Source: Bispira polyomma (Eukaryota). From it: a stretch of 64,000 nt of DNA. Position 1 is the first letter of the stretch. Each line of letters opens with the position of its first letter. The stretch lies in assembly GCA_965649765.1 (NCBI GenBank), contig OZ287749.1, forward strand, positions 3,658,001-3,722,000, read 5' to 3'. Below the pieces are notes generated by a model that ran no database searches, was not told where the DNA came from, and saw only the letters and a program-made list of their open reading frames with translations. The position numbers were made by a program, and so were the translations under genes. This document shows positions 49,771 through 60,118 of this stretch, piece by piece.

Positions 49771-51582
49771 ATGGCTCAAGTAGAAGTTAGTAAAAAGGGG
49801 CAAAGAAGAAGCGTTTATTGTGGTCACTATATGGCAGATTCTGATTTACACAAATACTGTTTGAAGTGTAGAGAGTCTTCTAAGGGTGAGGATTCGTGTG
49901 TCACGGGAACTTCTGCTTGTCAAATATGCGAAATTTCCGAGGAAACGAAGCGTAGTACGAGATCAAAGAAATCTAAAACTAAGAAGGAGATCTCAGCTTC
50001 TTTATCAGTAGCCCCATCGAATCAGCTACCTACAGCTTCAGAGGTTATTGACGACTCCTTGTTGGATGAAGAAGACGCGGTTGCAAGAGCTCGTTCTTTG
50101 TCCATCCCAGGCCCGTCTTCTACTGAACAAAAACTGAATTTAATACTCATGCAAATCTCAGACTTCTCTACCAGACTCAGATCTGTGGAGAATCTGAAGG
50201 ATGTAGCGAGTAATGTCACTAGCAATGGGGTGGATCAGAGTATAACTGCTGACCACGGTTTAACCGTTGATAAGGAGACGAATGTTGTCAAGGAAACGTC
50301 TCGGGGAGATTCTAAATCTCAAAGGCTTAGTTCTGGCTTGTCTACCCGTTCTTCTCGCCCCGCAAACTCCACAGCTAGTCTGTCAGAATTTTCTACGACT
50401 ACTGAGGCAGTTCCAGACAGTTTTTTCTTCAGGAAAAGGAGGCATTCTCCTTCATCAGAGGGTGAACTATCAGATGGTACTGAGAGTCAGGAGAAGGACA
50501 GAGATCAGGAGAGTTCGGATAAAAGACCAAAGTATTTAGACACTATAGACACGTTGAAGAAATGGCTAAATTTAGAGGTTGACAATGTAGACCCTTTAGT
50601 ACCTCCTTCAGTGTTTTCTACCAGAAACCTAGACAAAAGAGTGTCACAAGCCTCTTTGGCCTTGCCGCCGGCTACTGGAATTGTTGACTTGTGGAAGTAC
50701 AAGGAATGTACTGCATCTGGATCTTCCACATCTGACAAACAAACTTCTCGACAACATGCTCCTTTATCTAAGGCACAATTTCTACCATTTGCGAGGCCGA
50801 ATATGAAATGGTACCAGTTGTCTCCACAGCCTTTTTCAGTGTCAGCCCCCAGAGTTCAGGATGGTTTTAAAAATATTGCTACTCTCCCATACCAACCCCC
50901 TACTACTGTATCTGCTCCACTTAAGAGTTACCTGCTCTGGGAAACAGTTAACAGGGAGAATCTTCAGATTCTGAATCATATCTTTTGGTTCAAAAACGCT
51001 GTGGAGAAGGCTTCTGCTGAGATGGGAGTTGAATTGGAAAAGATTAAGTCATCGGAGTCTCAAGAAGACATTGTTCAGAGCTTGGATTACCTTCAAAACT
51101 GTATTCACTTACAAAACTCTGTAATGGCTTGTATGGGCAAGTCATTGGACGATGTACTGGATTCGACCATGACTTTAGCTTCAAACCTACTCTTAAACAG
51201 AAGGGACCATTACCTTAAAATGTGTAACAGGAAGGTAACAGATCAGGACTTAACTGCCTTAAGAAATGCATCGCTCACACAAAAAGAACTATTTTTGCCT
51301 AAAGTTTTAGCTGAGGTAGAGCAGAACTTTATCAAGTGGTCTCAGGTCAGCAGGGAATCAAGAGAACCTGCTTTTAAGAGGCAAAACAGACAAGGTTCTA
51401 CCTCAACAAATTCTGATTCTAGACAGGAATATTATGGAAACAATCACAATAGATATCAGAATGCAGCTTTTAAGTCTAACTCTTTTCGTCCCAACAAAGG
51501 TCAGAATGAGTCGACAAAAAGACAAGGATACCCTACTTCCAGGGGTGCTGCCAGAGGTGGTAGAGGTGGAAGGAGGAAGTGA
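49771..51582 (+). CDS. gag: DIRS ORF1, gag-like (603 aa from the first ATG)
   Basis: Intact ORF. N-terminal Cys/His cluster CGH...DLHKYCLKC...C...CQIC, Ser-rich middle, RGG-rich basic C-terminus. Confidence 0.88.
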   Translation: MAQVEVSKKGQRRSVYCGHYMADSDLHKYCLKCRESSKGEDSCVTGTSACQICEISEETKRSTRSKKSKTKKEISASLSVAPSNQLPTASEVIDDSLLDEEDAVARARSLSIPGPSSTEQKLNLILMQISDFSTRLRSVENLKDVASNVTSNGVDQSITADHGLTVDKETNVVKETSRGDSKSQRLSSGLSTRSSRPANSTASLSEFSTTTEAVPDSFFFRKRRHSPSSEGELSDGTESQEKDRDQESSDKRPKYLDTIDTLKKWLNLEVDNVDPLVPPSVFSTRNLDKRVSQASLALPPATGIVDLWKYKECTASGSSTSDKQTSRQHAPLSKAQFLPFARPNMKWYQLSPQPFSVSAPRVQDGFKNIATLPYQPPTTVSAPLKSYLLWETVNRENLQILNHIFWFKNAVEKASAEMGVELEKIKSSESQEDIVQSLDYLQNCIHLQNSVMACMGKSLDDVLDSTMTLASNLLLNRRDHYLKMCNRKVTDQDLTALRNASLTQKELFLPKVLAEVEQNFIKWSQVSRESREPAFKRQNRQGSTSTNSDSRQEYYGNNHNRYQNAAFKSNSFRPNKGQNESTKRQGYPTSRGAARGGRGGRRK

Positions 51583-53644
51583 CTTGCTGAAGGTAAGACC
51601 CATAATTCCTGGAAGTCGTCTCAAAGGCTTCTGGCAAGTATGGGCAGATTTAAAAGCTCATCCGAGAATTGTCCGGATTCTGAAGGAAGGATATTGCCTG
51701 CCTTTCAAAAATTTGCCTCCTCTGACAAATTTTCCTTTAATAAAAAGCTATTACACAAATTCGCTGAAGCAAGCTGTTCTCGAAGAGGCTGTGCTTCAGA
51801 TGCTTCAAAAGCGGGCAATATCCCCGGTTCAGAAACCGAACTCTCTGGGTTTCTACAGTCGGCTTTTTCTAGTTCCCAAACCGGAAGCGAAATGGCGACC
51901 AGTGATCGATTTGAGTATGGTAAACAAATTTCTCATCGTTCCTACTTTCAAAATGGAAACTGCAGAGGTAATTCGTGCATCGTTACAAAAAGGCGAATGG
52001 GTAGCAAGCATAGATCTCACAGATGCTTACTTCCATGTACCAATTCATCAAAAATCTCAAAAATTCCTGCGTTTCAATGTAGGCGACAAGTCCTACCAGT
52101 TCACTGCACTTCCCTTCGGTATCGCTTCGGCTCCTCTCGAGTTCACTCGGATTGTAAGGGAAGTAAAACTCATTGCTTTATCCAGAGGTATTCGAATTCA
52201 CCAGTACATCGACGACTGGTTACTTCGATCAAAGACAAGAGAAGCTTGCTCTCAAGATATGCTCAGCTTGCTTCAGCTTATTCGGTCTCTAGGTTGGATA
52301 GTCAACCTCAAAAAGTCAGATTTGAATCCAACGCAACAGACAGATTTCTTAGGCTATCGATTCGATCTTCAAAGAGGGCTCGTTTTTCCGACCCAAAAGA
52401 AGATTCAAAAGTTAATTCAATCGGCAGGTTCCCTTTGCGATTGTCGGTTCACAACACCAAGGAAGCTCATGTCCCTCATAGGGGTCATGGCTTCTTTGGA
52501 AAAGATGGTACCACTGGGCAGGATTCACATGAGACCTTTTCAGTGGTTCCTCAGGTCGAGTTGGCGATTTCCCCAATCTCTAGACATCTAAATTGCGGTC
52601 GATCAAATACTCAAACATCACCTTCAGTGGTGGTTGAGTCTAGACAACCTCACAAAGGGTTCTCCTTTGCATCCTCTAGAACACAATGTCCTTCTATTCA
52701 CGGATGCATCGGAGAAAGGCTGGGGTGCCCACCTCAAAGACTTAAAAGCCTGGGGGGTTTGGCAGCCTTCAGAAAGAGGTTTGCATATCAATATTTTAGA
52801 GCTAAAGGCTGTGTTTTTGGCTCTAAAGTATTTTCAAAAAGAAGTTATGGGGCATATGGTCCTCATATCTTCCGACAACTCAACAGTCGTGTCGTACCTC
52901 AACAAGCAAGGGGGTACTCACTCTCTAGAGTTGTGTGTCCTGACCTGGAGGATTATGGCTTGGGCAAATGCCAGAGGAATCCAAATCAGGGCAAAACACA
53001 TTCCAGGGAGTCTGAATGTTATAGCAGACTCTCTGTCCAGGGTGGACAAGACCATTCAGACCGAGTGGTCTTTACATCCTCAAGTGTTCAGAAGGATTTG
53101 TCAAACTTGGTACACCCCAATGGTGGACATGTTTGCGACAAATCTAAACAGGAAGCTTCCAATGTACATTTCCCCTGTCCCAGACAATCAGGCCTGGGAA
53201 ATCGATGCATTGAGCATATCCTGGGAGGCTCTGGACGGCTATGCCTTTGGTCCAGTGGCAATCATCCCAAAGTTGGTACAAAAGATGGTCACCTACAGGT
53301 GCAGCATGATTGTGATAGCACCAGGGTGGCCAGGGATGTCGTGGTTTTGGGACCTGGTCGATCTGTCGACCAGACCTCCACTCCGACTTCCCCTGTGGCC
53401 AAAGTTGTTAAAGCAGCCATTCAGGAACAGATTCCATCAGAATCTGGAATTTCTGAATCTGCATGTGTGGCACCTGGATTCCAGATTCAAGAAACCAGGG
53501 GATTCTCTCAGGAGGTGGCAGACAGAATTAAGGCACCTCAGAGAGCATCCTCAAGGAAGGTCTATGAATCAAGGTGGTCCATTTTTCAGAAATGGTGCAG
53601 AGAGAGTAAGGTGGACTTCTCAAAGCCTTCTATCTCTACCATAG
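51434..53644 (+). pseudogene. pol: DIRS RT-RNase H-methyltransferase ORF, split by one in-frame TAA (52589-52591)
   Basis: ORFs 51434-52591 and 52634-53644 share a frame. RT motifs: IDLTDAYFH, LPFG, YIDD. RNase H: FTDAS, HINILEL, SDN, ADSLSR. MT-like: VDMFAT...YAFGP...IAPGWP. Confidence 0.92.
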
Positions 53645-54540
53645 CTGATTTTCTCATTTACCTGTTTAGAGAAAAAGATCTCAAACCTTCTACAATAGCT
53701 GGCTATAGAACTGCTATTGCAGATGCTTTGGGTTCATCAGGGGAAGCTGTGTCCAAAAGTCTAGACTTGAATAGACTTTTGGCCAGTTTCCATAGAGACA
53801 AACCAGCAGCTAATCGGTCAATTCCTAGTTGGGATCTGTCTCTTGTATTACTTACTCTCACTAAGGCTCCCTTTGAACCCTTAGGTAAGGCCTCTTTGAA
53901 ACTCTTGACCTTTAAGACGGTTTTTCTTATGGCCTTAGCCTCAGGAAGGAGAAGGAGTGAAATCCATTCTTGGACTTTTAACTCCTTCAGTAGGAAAGAT
54001 GACTGGTCAGAGGTGACTTTTTGCCCATCTCCAGCCTTTTTGGCTAAGAATCAGCTGGCTTCAGATGGTCCTTTGACTATACAGCCAGTGGTGATTCCAG
54101 CTTTGAAACCTACTCTAGATCCTTCATTAATTGAGGATAAGTCACTATGCCCTGTTAGATCTCTCAGATACTACCTTGACAGGACTAAGGGTTTGAGGAA
54201 AGGTAAGAACCTTCTGTTCATAGCAATTAAGGAAGGTTTTACTAAGGATATCTCTAGGGTGACTGTATCCTCTTGGATTAAACAGACTGTGATTCTCGCT
54301 TATCAAGTATCCGATAAGGAGACTCAACAAGTTACACAGGTAAAGGCCCATGATGTTAGGTCTATGGCGGCTTCTATGGCCTTTAGAGGCGGAGTGGCTC
54401 TAGATGAGATTTTGTCATCTTGTTACTGGAGATCTCACTCGACCTTTACAAATTTTTATCTTAAGGATGTGTGCTGGCACAATGGGGACATTATCAAGAT
54501 AGGTCCTGTTGTAGCGGCTCAGCATATTGTAAATCTTTAA
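51640..54540 (+). CDS. DIRS tyrosine recombinase ORF with long N-terminal region overlapping RT/RH/MT
   Basis: C-terminal ~340 aa: integrase N-terminal-like region (YESRWSIFQKWC...TIAGYRTAI) and catalytic motifs ASGRRRSE, LAKN, HDVR, W and FTNFYL. Confidence 0.93.
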   Translation: MGRFKSSSENCPDSEGRILPAFQKFASSDKFSFNKKLLHKFAEASCSRRGCASDASKAGNIPGSETELSGFLQSAFSSSQTGSEMATSDRFEYGKQISHRSYFQNGNCRGNSCIVTKRRMGSKHRSHRCLLPCTNSSKISKIPAFQCRRQVLPVHCTSLRYRFGSSRVHSDCKGSKTHCFIQRYSNSPVHRRLVTSIKDKRSLLSRYAQLASAYSVSRLDSQPQKVRFESNATDRFLRLSIRSSKRARFSDPKEDSKVNSIGRFPLRLSVHNTKEAHVPHRGHGFFGKDGTTGQDSHETFSVVPQVELAISPISRHLNCGRSNTQTSPSVVVESRQPHKGFSFASSRTQCPSIHGCIGERLGCPPQRLKSLGGLAAFRKRFAYQYFRAKGCVFGSKVFSKRSYGAYGPHIFRQLNSRVVPQQARGYSLSRVVCPDLEDYGLGKCQRNPNQGKTHSRESECYSRLSVQGGQDHSDRVVFTSSSVQKDLSNLVHPNGGHVCDKSKQEASNVHFPCPRQSGLGNRCIEHILGGSGRLCLWSSGNHPKVGTKDGHLQVQHDCDSTRVARDVVVLGPGRSVDQTSTPTSPVAKVVKAAIQEQIPSESGISESACVAPGFQIQETRGFSQEVADRIKAPQRASSRKVYESRWSIFQKWCRESKVDFSKPSISTIADFLIYLFREKDLKPSTIAGYRTAIADALGSSGEAVSKSLDLNRLLASFHRDKPAANRSIPSWDLSLVLLTLTKAPFEPLGKASLKLLTFKTVFLMALASGRRRSEIHSWTFNSFSRKDDWSEVTFCPSPAFLAKNQLASDGPLTIQPVVIPALKPTLDPSLIEDKSLCPVRSLRYYLDRTKGLRKGKNLLFIAIKEGFTKDISRVTVSSWIKQTVILAYQVSDKETQQVTQVKAHDVRSMAASMAFRGGVALDEILSSCYWRSHSTFTNFYLKDVCWHNGDIIKIGPVVAAQHIVNL

Positions 54541-54548
54541 GTAAGTCT

Positions 54549-54838
54549 AGACTTATTCTGGGTACATTTAGTTCAAGAATACGTCTTTCATATGTGGTCA
54601 TTGTAAAGCTGTCTGAAATAAGTGCTTTTTCATATGATATTTGGGAATATAGACTTATTCTGTGTGCAAATGAATTTTCAAGAATACGTTCTTTGATATA
54701 TAGTCATAGGGAAATTTCAGGAATAGTTTGTTTTCATATGATTTTGTGAGTGTAAACCTGTTCTCTGATCAAGAATATGTTTCTCTGATATGTGGTCATT
54801 GTAAAATTTTCTGCAATATGTGGTTTTTCATATGACTT
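54549..54838 (+). repeat. Three diverged ~102-bp tandem repeats in the DIRS 3' region
   Basis: Recurrent agacttattctg...tcaagaatacgt...gtcat...tttcatatga, starting near 54549, 54651 and 54754. Confidence 0.75.
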
Positions 54839-55264
54839 ATGTTGTTTTTCTTCTGTTTTTAGATGGTTAGATGTCCTCCCTGTAGATACTGTACAAAGGT
54901 TGATTGGTTGTATATTGTACATTTGGATTGGACAATTTATTGAATGTGCATAAATTGAAGATGCATTTGTCTGGAGTGCATAATTTGCTGATGCATTTTG
55001 TTGATGGATTTTGGAGATGCACTGACTGCTTTGAAGTGCATAGACTTGAAGGTGCACCTAGTATTACACAGGCATTCAGGAAGTTGTTAAGGTTGGTGCC
55101 ATACAATTTTCCTGTTTTTTGCTAATTATGATAGTCATTACTTTAACTAAATAGTTTTTCTATCTTAATTCAGTATTATATTATTATTATGTCACTAGGA
55201 ATTACCAGTGAATTTTGCAGTCTGTGTTATGAATACTTTCCCACCTTCCGACATGGCTGTATTC

Positions 55265-55367
55265 AGCTATTGTTAGGAAATGGTAAGGGCAATTTTCGCT
55301 ATAAAATTGCCAAATTTAAAAATTAATTTTAAATTTTATTAGATAATACCTTACCATTTCCTAACAA
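55265..55367. repeat. DIRS internal complementary region (ICR)
   Basis: First half is the reverse complement of the element's left end (aattttatagcgaaaattgcccttaccatttcctaacaatagct). Second half is the reverse complement of the right end. The halves join at about 55307. Confidence 0.95.
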
Positions 55368-55422
55368 GGAAAGTCCCTCCCTACCTTCCCCGCAAGTTAA
55401 GGATTCATTTAAGTCTTTCTTG

Positions 55423-55657
55423 CAACAAAAAATGATGAAGGTTACCGCCTATTGGCTACCCACGTGACTTATTATTAAGGGGGGGGACTGACCATTGTCC
55501 ACTACACAGACCTTAAATTCACTGGTTATGCTTAGGGTAGCATAAAACGTTTATCTTCGTTGGCCAGTGAATTGGACGGCTCCAACACGTAAGCTATTGT
55601 TAGGAAATGGTAAGGTATTATCTAATAAAATTTAAAATTAATTTTTAAATTTGGCAA
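55423..55657 (-). repeat. DIRS right inverted terminal repeat plus 3' extension
   Basis: 55423-55615 mirrors the left ITR. 55616-55657 is the AT-rich extension mirrored in the ICR. Confidence 0.95.
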
Positions 55658-56069
55658 ATTTGTCAAACTTGTACACAATACAGCAGAGGACGTTATTTGA
55701 CTCTTTGGAACCTCGTTATATTCACCTTACTAATACTGTAGATTAAGGAATTGCAATAGTCTAGTATACAGTATACTGGGGCATTGTGGGTAGTTCTGTG
55801 ACCTTGACCCCCAAATTAGTTTATTGTTTTATTTATTTATTATAGTGACATTAATGAGGTTTTTAAAATTATTTAATTTTTCATCTCCATCTGGAAAATA
55901 TGCAAAGTTTGACCAATATAGCAAATTGTATACAGCTTTTTACATTAGTTTTGTTATGGATGAAAGCACATGATTGGTTGTTAGTTGTTTAGTTACTGTT
56001 GAAGTGTGTAACTTGTGCCACTGACTGCTTTATGTTTTTATATGTGATGTCCATATAGATATATATAAT

Positions 56070-56320
56070 ATCTTTATTACCCCATTTAAAGGATTTGATA
56101 AGTGACCTTGTTGATATCAATATATAAGTATATGTACAGATCTTTATTTCCCCATTTAAAGGATTTGATAAGTGACCTTGTTGGTAACAATATATAAGTA
56201 TGTATACAGATCTTTATTTTCTCATTTAAAGGATTTAATAAGTGACCTTGTTGCTATAAATAAATAGATACAGATATTGATCCCTATTTCCTCCGTTTAA
56301 ATTATTTGATAAGCAACTTT
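56070..56320. repeat. 70-bp tandem repeat x~3.5
   Basis: atctttatt..ccatttaaaggatttgataagtgaccttgttg at 56070, 56140, 56210 and about 56280. Confidence 0.9.
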
Positions 56321-56627
56321 GTGCATTACTGTGAATGGGGTTTGGAAACCTCCCCCCAAGACCTTTACACAAAATGCATTACATCACACAGAATCAATTT
56401 TAGTGATTACACATAAAGTAAACACAATTTACATCATTCAGATTTTGAAAAGGACTTTTGCATGAATATTTTCTAAAGCGGAACAAATACCCAACAAATT
56501 GGATATCGCCTTTAAAACATCTCTTACTTCTGTAATTTCTACCTGTTTCTTAAGGGTTAAGATAAATTCTTGCATAACCCTAGCAATTTAAGAGATATAC
56601 TATGTATTCCTTTTCAAGTAACATACT

Positions 56628-56850
56628 GGGACCACTGTGGCCTAGTGGTTTAAGCATCTGTTTCTCAATCACTGGTCTCTTATCAATGTGGGTTTGAATC
56701 CTGTTTGTTCCCTCTTGTTGGAAAGTTTGTTAGTTACTTGCCATATGTTGGTGGTTTACAGTGCTTCAAAACTGGCTTCTTTCACCATTGAATATGATAT
56801 GACCTAAGTTGTTCAAAGCTTCGTGAAAACCCAAAAAAATTCAAATCAAA
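56628..56850 (+). mobile_element. tRNA-derived SINE (related subfamily)
   Basis: A/B boxes, ggaaagtttg..agttacttgcc core, atatgacctaagttgtt...aaacccaa tail. Confidence 0.8.
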
Positions 56851-58629
56851 GAGCACAGTAATTAATTCACAGTTGTAAAGCAGGTGCTTTGAAGCACTAG
56901 ACCACCACAGCCCCTTCCTGCAGTTTACTTGGCATCGGCTTGTAAGAGGAAACGTCAGATGTAGACTTTCTCCCAGAGTCCAAAATAGTTTGCAGAATAG
57001 AAATCTTGATCAATTGCCATGCTCTTAAAAGCAACGTTAGACCCAAAACTAAAAACAAACTCACCATTTCCAAATAAATAATTTGTAAATAAACCATATA
57101 CTTTGCACCAACACAGTAGGTGTATTTCACAGACGAGAATCTGTTTGATCTGTGCAATTTAGATCACAATCTGGATTCGTTGGATTTGCTAGATTTGTGA
57201 AATGCATAAAGTTGGTTTTTAGATTTAAAATGGCTACCAATTATATAGATTTTAATATTACACATTTAAAATAAGGTACACCTCAAGTTCATTTGATAAT
57301 ATTCAAGTTCATTTTCTGTTCTGAATGTATATTTTGTATATTCGACTGTATAAGTAACTCTGTGGGACTTTCTCTCCATTTTTTGCAAAGAATTGTGGGT
57401 AATCCATTCGATTTGAAACCGCTGAACTACCTCTTTAGCAAGATCAACAGATCACTGATCTGGTATATGATTCAGTGCACACACAACAAAATTCGTTGAT
57501 CTACGAATCTAGATTAAACAGATTGTCTCTGTGACATATGCCTTTCAGTTCAAGGGGTGGATGATATCATTTGAGATATGTCTATTTAAAGGACTACTTA
57601 TATATCACTACCAAATGGTCCCCGCTGGGTTAGTTTTATCACCAATAATTGGTCTTCTGGGTTAAGTGAACATTAAACAGTCATAGCATATTACAGTGAT
57701 TCTCTGCAATACAAGACTAAAAGCTAGACTCTTTCCCCACCGCAGTACAAATGGATTAAATCTGAATCAGTTTGTCAGTTTGGCCCATATCAGTTATACC
57801 TGACACTTTTGCTGTAAGTTATTGTCAACCATTTACAGTAGAATCCCCCTGTATTTAGATATGTGTTGTATTGGAAGAAGTAGATCATACATGGAATATA
57901 TACATTCCATAGCACACACGATAGTATGTGTACATTCAATGACCACTTTTTTAAATGTGTACATTTTAATTATTTATCTCTGTAAGTGTATACATTCAAC
58001 ATCTAAAACTGAAAACTAAATTGTACAGACAGAAACAGATGATTACTTGCACAAAAGAGTATTGACACGGAAACAGGCGAAAATGGGCAGAAACACAGGA
58101 TTGCTAGAATGGAAGTAGAAGTTACAGTTGTGATAGGGGAATACTCGGAAATACGGGCGAAAGTTTTGACGTACATTTAAAACATCTCACACAATGGACT
58201 GTAGAAGGCTTTTGAAGGAAGCTGAAGTTCGGGGAAGTTATAGATACGGTTCGCCTTGCTACAAGGCAATGCTCATAACGTCTCTTACCACCTCTCTCCA
58301 TACTATCATAGTACGAATCAAGTGTTAATCTCTATAGGCCACAGAGAAGGCAATTAGTGTGTGTTCTAAATCAGATGCTGACTTGCTGACAAACTAAAGC
58401 CTTCAGCAAGGCTACATACTTAAAGTAAAACCTTTACAAATATCATCACAAGTGAATTGATTCACTGAGGACAGTACACATAAAATGGGTTTTTTTTATC
58501 AAGCCAAATGCAGATGTTTTCCCAAGAGACTTACAAACTTGCTGTAGTGATTAAAGAAAGGAAAGGTTGGGTCTGTTCCTCTGTTGTCTTATATCAACAA
58601 TCGTCATTTAGCGTCCATTGCATGAGAAA

Positions 58630-58812
58630 GGGACTGTGATCGCCTGGTGGTTAGAAATCTTTAGTTTTTAGCTTCACAATCATTGGTCTCTCACCAATGC
58701 AAAGTTTGAATCACTGTTTGTTCCTTCACCTAGGAAAGTTTGCCAGGTACTTGCCACAGGTCAGTGGTTTACATAGTGGCTTCAGCACTAGGGTTTCTTC
58801 CATCATCGAAAC
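58630..58812 (+). mobile_element. SINE 5' part, interrupted by the L2; tail resumes at about 60118-60166
   Basis: Head and core match the 56628 family. The tail tgacctaaactgttg...aaaacccaa follows the L2 (ATT)n. Confidence 0.75.
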
Positions 58813-58814
58813 CT

Positions 58815-60118
58815 TTAAAAGCACATCAGTTCAGATAACAACCAGCAGTGCTCAGGAGATTGTCTTCCATGTGTTGTACAGGCCACCTGATGTCTCAAAG
58901 GCCAAGTTCTTGAATGACCTAGGTCTGTTCCTTGACGTTGCTATTTTGTCAAGCTCTAAAAATATCCTGCTGGGCGATTTTAATTTCCATTTGGACAAAC
59001 AGGATGCCTGGTCACTAAAATTAAATGATACCATTAAACAGTACAGTTTTGTTCAACTGATTAATTCCCCTAAACACATTCACGGCCACACCCTGGATGT
59101 TCTGTGTGTCAGGGAATCCCTTTCGCCAGCCGTTTGCTCAAAAGTTGTAGGTGGTTTAGCAGATCACCTGGCAATCACCTTTACTGTTGCTATTCCAGTT
59201 AAAGAGTTCTGTAATTTCCGACAGGTCAACTTTCAGAGATATCATAAAATAATTATCTCAGACTTTAGGTCAGACATCCTTTGTTCAATATTTTGCAACC
59301 CTGCATAACCTCCTTGTCAAGCATGCTCCATTGAAGAGGAAGAGTGTACCAAAGCATCCTGAGACTGGATTCATAAACAGCAGCATCCTTGCTACAGGTA
59401 AAAAACCTGGGTGTCATCTTTGACTCAGACAACTTCTATAACAACCATATAGCCAAGGTTTGCCGTGCCTGTTACTATCATCTACGTGACTTGTGACGAA
59501 TTTGTATATTTCTTATCACTGATACTGCAGTTCTGGTGGCAAATGCTATGGTCAGTAGTCGCTTGGACCACTGCAACTCTTTACTATATGGGGTCAGTTA
59601 TGCTAATATTGCGAAACTCCAGAGTGTCCAAAATGCTCTCTTTTGCATTGTGTACAGGCTTGACAGATTCAGTCATGTCACCCCCTACCTTCAAAAACTC
59701 CACTGGCTTCCCATTGATCAGCGCATCCTTTTTAAGTACAACCTCCTAGTCTTCAAGGCTATTAACTCCCTACCTATCTTGCTTAATCAAGTCCAGTAGC
59801 CTCACATGTGGAAAAAGACTATCTCTTTCACTTTGCCCTGAACGAAAAATTGGAAGGCGCAGCTTTGCTGTCGCGGCACCGGCAGAATAGAACAGGTTGC
59901 CACAAAATGTCAGATCCCAGCAGACACTATCAGGTTTTTGAAGCCAGCTCAAGACTCACTTGTTTAGATTGGCATATCCCCCACCTTAGTTATTTCCTGG
60001 TTGGCGCTCACTCGGTAACGACCTTTGCTTGATAATGGACAATCCCTTTTTGGAATTCAGCGCATTAGAGGAGTTTTATCGATATATAAATGCTTCCATT
60101 ATTATTATTATTATTATT
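58815..60118 (+). mobile_element. L2/CR1-group LINE remnant: APE endonuclease joined to the ORF2 C-terminus, with (ATT)n tail
   Basis: YRPP, GDFN, HGHTLD and ADH endonuclease motifs, then KNLGVIFD, SRLDHCNSLLYG and LHWLPI. RT core absent. Ends tatataaatgct..(att)n. Confidence 0.88.

Larger units (their letters stand above)
49501..55657 (+). mobile_element. DIRS1-like tyrosine-recombinase retrotransposon, full length (6157 bp)
   Basis: Inverted terminal repeats, an internal complementary region, and gag, RT/RH/MT and YR ORFs. Starts with TTT, is followed by ATT, and has no TSD. The flanks rejoin into one L2 fragment. Confidence 0.97.

Noticed and set aside
51640-54540. Phage integrase, prophage or bacterial contamination
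   Set aside because: The recombinase sits in a complete DIRS structure inside a spliceosomal intron and is flanked by a host LINE.
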